This document shows, piece by piece, positions 60,301 to 64,000 of a stretch of DNA of 64,000 bases. Position numbers and translations under genes: made by a program. Below the pieces are notes generated by a model that saw only the letters and a list, made by a program, of their open reading frames with translations, did no database searches and had not been told where the DNA came from. This DNA is from Mobula hypostoma (taxonomy: Eukaryota): positions 42,472,001-42,536,000 of the forward strand of contig NC_086108.1 of assembly GCF_963921235.1 (NCBI RefSeq), given 5' to 3'. Within the stretch, counting starts at the first letter, position 1. Each line of letters starts with the position of its first letter.

Positions 60301-62069
60301 CTGACCGCACACAGGGAGATCTCCATTTAACTAATTATGTGACTTGTAAAACCAACTGGCTGTACCAGCATGATTTGGAGTGTGATATTAAAGGGAGTGA
60401 ATACTTATGCAATGAATTATTTTGTGTTTTACATTTGTAATTAACTTACATCAATTTGTAGAGATCTGTTTTCACAAAGACACAAAGGAGTCTTTTTCTT
60501 TTGATCAGTATCAAAAAAGCTAGATTAAATCCAGTATGATTCAATATTGTAAAATAATACACAAAAATTTCTGGAGGGGCTGTGAATACTTTTTATAGGC
60601 ACTGTAGCTATGTATCTGCTACATTTTTGATGTATGGAGAGATAACAAGTCTTTTCAAAAACTTAACATGCAAAAAGGGCTGCTAAAATTCACATTTTAT
60701 AGCACAAAATAAATATAATGCATTTGACAAACCATAAAATGGAAGGCAAGAGCAAGCATGAAACTAAACAGTGAAGTTGAAGGGGAAAGGTACTCCAAAA
60801 TTTACAACTGACATTTGAAAAACAATTTAGGCAAAAATTTCATAATCCTAAAAAAGTTAATACTTCATTCCTTCCTGCTTACCCTGTACACCTCAGACTT
60901 TAGATACAAAAGTGAGTCATGTCATCTGCAGAAACACTCTGATGACTCAGCAATTGTTGGGTGTATAAAGGGAGGACAGGAGGATGAATGCAGGGCCCTG
61001 GTGGAGGACTTTGACAAATGGTGCTAGCTGAATCATCTGCAGCTCAACAATAGTAAGACAAAGTAGATGGTAATAGGCTTTAGAAAGACTAAGCCTGCAT
61101 TGCTCCCTGTTACTACTGGTGGTGTGGATGTGATGAGGAACTACACGACCTGGGGGTGCACCTGGATGACAAACTTGAGTGTAGCACCAACACAGAGGCA
61201 GTATACAAGAAGGACCAGAGTTGTCTCTACTTTCTGAGGAGACTGAGGTACTTTGGTGTATGCAGGTCAGGGTTTCACATTTTCTACCAGTCTACTGTCG
61301 CCAGCACAATCTTCTATGCAGTGGTGTGCTGGGGCAATGGCATCAACATGGGTGATGCCAACATGCTCAATAAACTGATTAGAAAGGCTGGCTCTGTTAT
61401 AGGAGACACTGTGGTAGAACAAAGAACACTACGGAAAATTGTTGCAGTTCTGTACAATGTTTCTCACCCTCTACGTGCCACCTTGGCTGAACAAAGGAGC
61501 ACTTTAATAGACCAAGACAACTGCACTGCTCCTAAGAGTGCTATACGAGGTCATTCTTACCATTGGCTCTGTAATGAGTCAATCTGTAGCCAGGGAGTGA
61601 TGACACCCTCATGTTAGTCTGTTCGTGGTAACTTATTCTTTAATCTTTCTACTTCTCTTCTAATATTTATATCTCTGCACTTGTAATGCTAATATGACAC
61701 TGTAATTTCCTTTGGAATCAATAGTTTGTCTTCTGAAGGAACCACTATTAGAACTTTAACATCTCAGGGAAATAAAAATGTAAAAACTGCATAATTGAAA
61801 CAAAATACAAGAACAAGGAAGGGGAAAAGACAAATCATAGACTTAGTTACATTAGCACTTTATATTCCAAGAAAAAGATTCAATTTAAAGTGTCTTTAAA
61901 AATGCAGCTAAATCAAATATTATTGCAAAGTAATAAATCAACTTTAATACAAAAATATTCTTTTTGCTATAATATTGAGAGTTCAAGGAGTAAATTGAAA
62001 TTAAACCTACCTGTAACGGATGTGATAGGGATATTCACGCAGGCTAACCAAAATATCACTTGCATCCAT
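3225..62069 (-). CDS. GPSM2: G-protein signaling modulator 2 (LGN), spliced CDS of 14 exons, 661 aa: join(62069-62011, 47588-47367, 39368-39233, 36532-36390, 32496-32373, 31723-31608, 30428-30273, 23950-23842, 20805-20676, 16794-16724, 14676-14488, 12647-12491, 10275-10061, 3383-3225)
   Basis: All introns are GT..AG and phases join into one open frame of 1986 nt. TPR repeats contain repeated LGN tripeptides and are followed by four GoLoco motifs. The N-terminus (MDASDILVSLREYPYHIRYR) and linker (RPRLGRRQSMEKMELMKLTPEKVQNWKSEILMKQKP) are LGN/GPSM2-type rather than AGS3/GPSM1-type. Confidence 0.96.
4565..6390 (-). mobile_element. Cluster of CR1 3' fragments (4565-5120, 5130-5700, 5870-6390) with a nested Rex1/L2-type 3' end at ~5950-6270
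   Basis: LFSLEGRRMRGDLIE, LERVQRRFTRMI and HLEYC motifs on minus. Confidence 0.85.
5716..5868. mobile_element. PLE pLTR fragments (rearranged, inverted)
   Basis: Same signature, plus a degenerate cagtcctgaagga...aaaacattgact motif. Confidence 0.75.
6675..7575 (+). mobile_element. CR1 LINE 3' fragment (fairly young)
   Basis: WQMEFNADKCEVLHFG, LEYCVQFWSP, RRLRGDLIEVFKIM; gttatatggttata tail. Confidence 0.93.
9388..9521 (+). mobile_element. PLE pLTR fragment with hammerhead motif, inserted in a CR1 remnant
   Basis: Near-identical to 44680-44800; flanked by ataatttta at 9379-9387 and 9522-9530. Confidence 0.85.
10061..10275 (-). CDS. GPSM2: GPSM2 coding exon 13, GoLoco 2 and start of GoLoco 3 (HSKSVVSPQTEFLDLLASSQSRRLDNQRA...DDPFFDMLLKCQ)
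   Basis: atttcag| acceptor, |gtaagt donor, 215 nt. Confidence 0.96.
12491..12647 (-). CDS. GPSM2: GPSM2 coding exon 12, GoLoco 1 (KINSDLMGDEGFFDLLSQFQSNRMDDQRCS...)
   Basis: ttttcag| acceptor, |gtgagt donor, 157 nt. Confidence 0.96.
13050..13945 (-). mobile_element. RTE-clade LINE 3' fragment
   Basis: FGLAINLKKTNVLGQ, FAYLGSTIS, LLYGSET, LRY...CKQDMK motifs. Confidence 0.85.
14488..14676 (-). CDS. GPSM2: GPSM2 coding exon 11 (VQNWKSEILMKQKPALWKPSTKLLFINRFRGKKHKSNNSSAKALKDASNSVVLNDAQVHTPKK)
   Basis: ttttgtctag| acceptor, |gtaagc donor, 189 nt. Confidence 0.94.
16724..16794 (-). CDS. GPSM2: GPSM2 coding exon 10 (GARPRLGRRQSMEKMELMKLTPEK), linker with the RRxS phosphosite equivalent to LGN S401
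   Basis: tttgcag| acceptor, |gtatgg donor, 71 nt. Confidence 0.95.
17064..17193. repeat. Minisatellite, ~27-bp unit GCAGTAGTAGTGATAGAAGTAGTGACA, ~4.7 copies
   Basis: Direct reading; built from AGT-type triplets, one copy has an extra GTA. Confidence 0.93.
17288..17940 (-). mobile_element. Young CR1 3' fragment with an uninterrupted 181-aa ORF2 C-terminus
   Basis: ORF 17386-17931; (atagaaac)n tail at 17288-17310. Confidence 0.95.
18088..18182 (-). mobile_element. PLE pLTR fragment
   Basis: acacacaaaatgctgg...ggcagcatct...cagtcgacgttt signature. Confidence 0.75.
19054..19682. mobile_element. Non-autonomous DNA transposon with 13-bp TIRs and 6-bp TSD (hAT-like termini)
   Basis: AGTTAC|CAGACATCCCACC ... 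GGTGGGATGTCTG|AGTTAC. Confidence 0.85.
20676..20805 (-). CDS. GPSM2: GPSM2 coding exon 9 (VGDKSGELTARMNLSDLQLVLGVSYSTNSSFLSTSHELDYSYQ)
   Basis: ttttgcag| acceptor, |gtgagt donor, 130 nt. Confidence 0.95.
21230..21640 (+). mobile_element. Old LINE (CR1/L2 group) RT C-terminal fragment
   Basis: KCQAM...IDQKINWTSH remnant. Confidence 0.6.
21900..23185 (+). mobile_element. CR1 ORF2 fragment (decayed)
   Basis: KAFDKV, CKFADDTKIGG, WQMKFNADQCEVLHFG, GDLIEVYKIM. Confidence 0.9.
23190..23256. mobile_element. Tc1/mariner-type MITE (67 bp)
   Basis: TA|CAGTACTGTGCAAAAG...CTTTTGCACAATACTG|TA, an almost fully palindromic element. Confidence 0.85.
23842..23950 (-). CDS. GPSM2: GPSM2 coding exon 8 (IGEGRACWSLGNAYTALGDHEQAVHFAEKHFEISRE)
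   Basis: ttttag| acceptor, |gtaaac donor, 109 nt. Confidence 0.96.
24557..24765. mobile_element. Minimal PLE hairpin insertion (two inverted pLTR ends)
   Basis: 13-bp TSD tactctacgtcca at 24544-24556 and 24766-24778; ~80-bp near-perfect inverted arms. Confidence 0.92.
25661..26366. mobile_element. PLE inverted-repeat insertion (minus-strand ORF end plus pLTR, then + strand partial pLTR)
   Basis: 14-bp TSD agcataaatagtat at 25647-25660 and 26367-26380; arms are inverted copies of each other. Confidence 0.92.
26720..27040 (-). mobile_element. tRNA-derived SINE (CpG-rich, young)
   Basis: Minus strand begins ggggccggctggTGGCGCAATG (A box) ... GGTTTGAAACC (B box); internal simple repeats; A-tail; TSD taatga(t/c)attact at 26707-26719 and 27041-27053. 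Confidence 0.88.
27405..28690 (+). mobile_element. L1-clade LINE ORF2 internal fragment (RT N-half)
   Basis: GDKSGKLLA, KAPGPDGF, SLDAEKAFDRV, GCPLSPLLF and LYADDLL motifs; two frameshifts. Confidence 0.92.
28690..30203 (+). mobile_element. Penelope-like element (Neptune-type), 5'-truncated: RT C-half, Cys-rich linker, GIY-YIG endonuclease and pseudo-LTR
   Basis: QTKGVAMGTRMGPSY, FLRYIDD, DIFYKPT, PCKRKCYTC, VTYCIRCSWCSLLYIGET, RFVEH and LQPLGVN motifs in one frame with a single in-frame TGA (29579-29581); ORF stop at 29887; the pLTR carries a hammerhead motif. Confidence 0.93.
30273..30428 (-). CDS. GPSM2: GPSM2 coding exon 7 (RTFDLARQLRDRAVEAQACYSLGNTYTLLQDYEKAIEYHLKHLMIAQELCDR)
   Basis: atttag| acceptor, |gtaaca donor, 156 nt. 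Confidence 0.96.
30785..30950 (+). mobile_element. 3' end of the same retroposon family as 34839-35536
   Basis: taatgcatgcattactaaatgacaataaa..gaggactgagtgtcctc..aatctaaa. Confidence 0.8.
31608..31723 (-). CDS. GPSM2: GPSM2 coding exon 6 (RLKIAKEFGDKSAERRACSNLGNAHVFLGEFAVAAEYYK)
   Basis: ttgcag| acceptor, |gtgagc donor, 116 nt. Confidence 0.96.
32373..32496 (-). CDS. GPSM2: GPSM2 coding exon 5 (ANLAMVKELGDRAAQGRAYGNLGNTHYLLGNFRKAVRSHQE)
   Basis: cacag| acceptor, |gtatag donor, 124 nt. Confidence 0.96.
34290..36120 (-). mobile_element. Old CR1 fragment, interrupted
   Basis: CR1 3' and RT remnants on both sides of the 34839-35536 insert. Confidence 0.7.
34839..35536 (+). mobile_element. Non-autonomous LINE-derived retroposon (CpG-rich 5' part, 3' stem-loop, (AATCTA)n tail) inserted in a CR1 remnant
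   Basis: No long ORF; 3' end shared with 30785-30950; it splits the minus-strand CR1 at 34290-36120. Confidence 0.75.
36390..36532 (-). CDS. GPSM2: GPSM2 coding exon 4 (GGEARALYNLGNVYHAKSKALACAAAQDPGNFPEEVMVVLHKALEYYE)
   Basis: aacag| acceptor, |gtgagt donor, 143 nt. Confidence 0.96.
36657..37119 (-). mobile_element. Short non-autonomous retroposon with (ATT)n tail, probably RTE/Vingi-related
   Basis: (aat)n at 36657-36677; possible 8-bp TSD atggtcat at 36649-36656 and 37120-37127; family assignment from general resemblance only. Confidence 0.55.
37180..37530 (+). mobile_element. CR1 3' fragment
   Basis: RRNFFSQRVVNL motif. Confidence 0.85.
38395..38980 (-). mobile_element. CR1 3' fragment
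   Basis: ERLSRLGLYSLEF, VVNLWNSLP; agaacataagaaatagg tail. Confidence 0.9.
39233..39368 (-). CDS. GPSM2: GPSM2 coding exon 3 (TIGDRLGEAKASGNLGNTFKVLRRFDEAIVCCQRHLDISRELCDK)
   Basis: ttttcag| acceptor, |gtaatg donor, 136 nt. Confidence 0.96.
39695..40090 (+). mobile_element. PLE pLTR
   Basis: Pyrimidine-rich pLTR ending gatgct...gacctgctgagttcctccagc. Confidence 0.8.
40420..40685 (+). mobile_element. tRNA-derived SINE with V-SINE-like central domain
   Basis: gtagcatagtgg A-box remnant; ggtttcctcccacagtccaaagac core. Confidence 0.7.
41930..42620 (-). mobile_element. Rex1/Babar LINE 3' fragment (old)
   Basis: DDLSW, FLRRLRMF and LTNF remnants. Confidence 0.7.
43020..43475 (-). mobile_element. 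PLE 3' ORF end plus pLTR (old copy)
   Basis: LRLEEQHLILCLGSLQTNSMIID on the minus strand. Confidence 0.8.
43495..43880 (-). mobile_element. Rex1/Babar fragments
   Basis: LYIYDCAARYSSNVIYKFA remnant joined to a 3' end. Confidence 0.65.
44213..44803 (+). mobile_element. PLE 3' fragment (end of GIY-YIG ORF plus pLTR), A>G hypermutated in its 5' half
   Basis: Homologous to 29690-30170 and to the reverse complement of 25695-26180. Confidence 0.92.
44707..44742 (+). ncRNA. Minimal type I hammerhead ribozyme motif in a PLE pLTR
   Basis: AGTC-CTGACGA-A-GGGT(ctcg)GCCT-GAAA-CG-TC-GACT: stem I AGTC/GACT, conserved core, short stem II and palindromic ACGT stem III. Sister copies at 9423-9458(+), 25757-25792(-), 26271-26306(+) and 30077-30112(+). 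Confidence 0.75.
44808..46650 (-). mobile_element. Rex1/Babar LINE: young 3' part (44808-45612) joined to an older APE-region fragment (45620-46650)
   Basis: LNVSKTKELVVDFRR, KAHQRLYFLRKL, FYRCTVESIL; aataaagtataaagtata tail; GGGICFIINSSW and PFYLPTEFS remnants. Confidence 0.88.
47367..47588 (-). CDS. GPSM2: GPSM2 coding exon 2 (MEASCLELALEGERLCKAGDCRAGVSFFEAAVQVGTEDLKTLSAIYSQLGNAYFYLHDYSKALEYHHHDLTLAR)
   Basis: ttttcag| acceptor, |gtaagc donor, 222 nt, TPR sequence. Confidence 0.97.
47774..48589. mobile_element. PLE inverted-repeat insertion (older subfamily)
   Basis: 11-bp TSD tgcagtagttg at 47763-47773 and 48590-48600; minus pLTR, then + strand ORF end and pLTR. Confidence 0.88.
50100..53070 (+). 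mobile_element. Long decayed CR1 (ORF1 end, APE, RT, 3' end) nested in a Rex1-type 3' fragment (49750-50095 and 53071-53225)
   Basis: KCVYFNA, YDVMAITGTWL, DFNFPNINW, GDSDH, GRSCLTNL, KAFDKVPH, QGSVLGPLLF; gcctgttcctgtgctgtactgttct tail. Confidence 0.92.
54605..54683. mobile_element. hAT-Charlie-type MITE (79 bp)
   Basis: TIRs CAGGGGCCCCCAACCT / AGGTTGAGAGCCCCTG; flanks gtctaaaa / gtctaact resemble a decayed 8-bp TSD. Confidence 0.75.
54740..55165 (+). mobile_element. Rex1/Babar 3' fragment
   Basis: IKDQHPGYALFSLLP remnant; aataaatttactttgaac tail. Confidence 0.75.
55945..56282 (+). mobile_element. tRNA-derived V-SINE/HE1-like SINE
   Basis: ggtagcacagatggtagag...agttcaatccc head, ccagtttccacccacttcccaaa core, tgctgtatccctctatgac tail. 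Confidence 0.7.
56349..57481 (-). mobile_element. Pogo/Tigger-like non-autonomous DNA transposon with a nested LINE 3' fragment (~56950-57340)
   Basis: TIRs tagtggattc(c/t)ggt with TA flanks, subterminal gctgccccaatt repeats and a transposase C-terminal remnant (RNYEEFESIDNHL). Confidence 0.75.
58999..60604 (-). mobile_element. Full-length (1606 bp) decayed Tc1 transposon
   Basis: TA|CAGTGCCTAT(T)AAAAAGTATTCAC TIRs at both ends with TA TSD and long (~200 bp) IRs. Transposase remnants on minus: MKTKEHSKQ, WSDETKIELFG, QQDNDPK, WPSQSLDPNPIENLW; frameshifted. Confidence 0.95.
60865..61725 (+). mobile_element. Rex1/Babar RT 3' fragment
   Basis: FLLTLYTSDF, QKHSDDSAIVG, LYFLRRLRYFG, FYQSTVASTIFYAVVCWG. 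Confidence 0.88.
62011..62069 (-). CDS. GPSM2: GPSM2 first coding exon (coding part), MDASDILVSLREYPYHIRY(R)
   Basis: ATG at 62069; donor AG|gtaggt at 62010; phase 2 joins the next exon. Resembles mammalian MEENLISMREDHSFHVRYR. Candidate acceptors for this exon end at 62293 (tttttgttctttttgcag) or 62211 (ttaattttttgcag). Confidence 0.88.
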
Positions 62070-62527
62070 TCAGCTGCTTAATGTAGGGGTTCTCCACATA
62101 ACCACAGTAGGCTCAGTCAGAATACTTAAAACTTAGTTAAGCAATTAAAATACAGGCTCCACAAGTATGAGGATGTTGACTACCTACAAAGCTCAGCATC
62201 ATGGTTTTCTCTGCAAAAAATTAATTTGGATCATAAAGGGTGCCGCAATTTTGTGTAATAATGGACCTTTTAATTCTTCAGCAGGCTGGAATCTGCAAAA
62301 AGAACAAAAACCCACAGTCTTGTAAATAAATATCATTATTAGTGACTGCCACTAAATAAAAGGCAATGGTGATTACAATGAAAAATTGCAGAAGTGCTTA
62401 TGTCATGCTGGAAAAACACAAAATTACAAATAGCACTGAATAGAGATTCAAGTGAAACATTATGCTCCAGCTCCCGAATTTTCTCCCTCAAATACAGATC
62501 TCCTAATGTGCACATGTCATAGATATA

Positions 62528-62975
62528 CATAGAAACATAGCACATTACAGGCCCTTTGGCCCATGATGTTGTGCCAACCATGTAACCTACTCTAGAAACT
62601 AGAATTTCCCTACCGCAAAGCACTCCATTTTTCTAAGCTCCATGTAATCTGAGAGTCTCTTAAAAAACCCTATTGTATCCGCCTCTACCACGGTCACTGG
62701 CAGTGCATTCCACGCACCCACCACTGTGTGAAAAACTTACCTCTGACATCTCCCTTGTACCTACTTCCAAGCACCTTAAAACTATGCCCCGTCGTGTTAG
62801 CCATTTCAGCCCTGGGAAAAAGCCTCTGACTATCCACATGATCAATGCCTCTCATCATCTTATACACCTCTATCAGGTCACTTCTCATCTTCCATTGCTC
62901 CAAGGAGAAAAGGCCGAGTTCACTCAACCTATTCTCATAAGGCATGCTCCCCAATCCAGGCAACATCCTCGTAAA
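62528..62975 (-). mobile_element. CR1 3' fragment
   Basis: LSELGLFSLEQ...DLIEVYKMMRG; atagaaacatag tail. Confidence 0.9.
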
Positions 62976-64000
62976 AGGAGGCCTTGAATTTCAAGTGAAA
63001 GGCAAATGGTGATGGTGATGGGAAAGAAGTGGGATGCAAGTAAAATAGAAGCAAGCAGGGAATTCGCATTACAGGCCCAAATTCATTGCAACGTCAGGAG
63101 TACTTAGTCGTGGTTCAAAAGACATCCTGCATAGAGAAATCTGTTACATAACCCCTCAAATGGAAATCATATCAAGTTGGGAGGGGGAGGTTGCTCAGTC
63201 AAATCTATGGGTAACATGGAAAACTGAGTTACTACAGATCACTCTCCTCCCCTTCCAGCCCACCAGAGAGACCCTTCTTAACTTCCTAGTCAAGGAGTTG
63301 CAAACCTTTTGGAGAGCATGTGCCCAAATTGGTGATAACTTTCTAAATAATTGTCTAGCATCCCATGGTAACTTTTAGCAGACATCATCATTGATTAATG
63401 ATCTAGTAACAGTAATTATGGACTACAAGGAAAAAGGTTGAGCCCTGTTCTTTCTTACATACATTCATTGTTTTTCTATTAATAAAAGTGAAACAGAGAG
63501 ATTGAAATCAATGAAGCATTTTAGATTGTTCAAAAATTAACATTGTCTTTTAAAAAAAATTAAAAAGTAACATTTCTAAATAGTATTGTAGCTGTTTACT
63601 ATCTAAATACTAATATGTACATCAGTCTGCAAGGAGTTCAAAGTGCATCATCAAATGTCAGGTATTCTTGTTATCATTTAGCTGACACCAAGCCAGTGTG
63701 AGACTTTTCCTATGGAAACATCTCATTATTCTTCAAATTGTATAAAATCATTCATTGCTTCATTTGGTATTAATGATAATCATTATGTATTTTTATGGTG
63801 GAATTTACAGAATCATGGGCAGCACTGCATGTAGTATGCCAAAAAAATTTTGCACATGCCATCTTGGGCATGCATACTTTAGGTTTGGCACTCCTGTGGG
63901 CCTAGTCCATTCTTCCATCCCCACAAACTACTTAGTTTGCCGTATAACCCAAAGGAGGTGCAACACCAGTTCTTTTACCTTTTCCGTTCCCACCAAGTTT

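Noticed and set aside
58999..60604. Active or domesticated Tc1 transposase
   Set aside because: The coding region is split across frames by several indels.
3225..62069. Assignment as GPSM1 (AGS3)
   Set aside because: The N-terminal exon and the linker exons (MELMKLTPEK, VQNWKSEIL, KLLFINR) match LGN/GPSM2.
1..64000. CRISPR arrays, rRNA genes or prokaryotic operons
   Set aside because: No regularly spaced repeat-spacer array or rRNA-like sequence was seen; the window is a eukaryotic intron-rich locus.

Overview
Vertebrate genomic DNA; the repeat content (CR1, Rex1/Babar, Neptune-type Penelope-like elements, V-SINE-like SINEs, Tc1) suggests a cartilaginous fish, which is an inference. The window holds the whole coding region of GPSM2 (LGN/Pins; TPR repeats plus 4 GoLoco motifs) on the minus strand. 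I traced 14 coding exons from ATG 62069 to TAA 3225, all with GT-AG introns and matching phases, totalling 1986 nt (661 aa); the 5'-most non-coding exon(s) were not located. A possible terminal exon of a convergent + strand gene (CLCC1 by synteny, unconfirmed) lies at about 1376. The introns are dense with decayed transposons. The most striking signal is a Penelope-like element (PLE) family that (i) carries minimal hammerhead ribozyme motifs in its pseudo-LTRs, (ii) inserts as TSD-flanked inverted-repeat (hairpin) units with a one-sided ~35-nt extension, and (iii) has one genomic copy (44.2-44.6 kb) with dense, strand-specific A>G changes, which look like ADAR hyper-editing written back into DNA and turn the element's stop codon into Trp. 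Repeat boundaries are approximate unless a TSD or TIR is given. All alignments and counts were done by eye.
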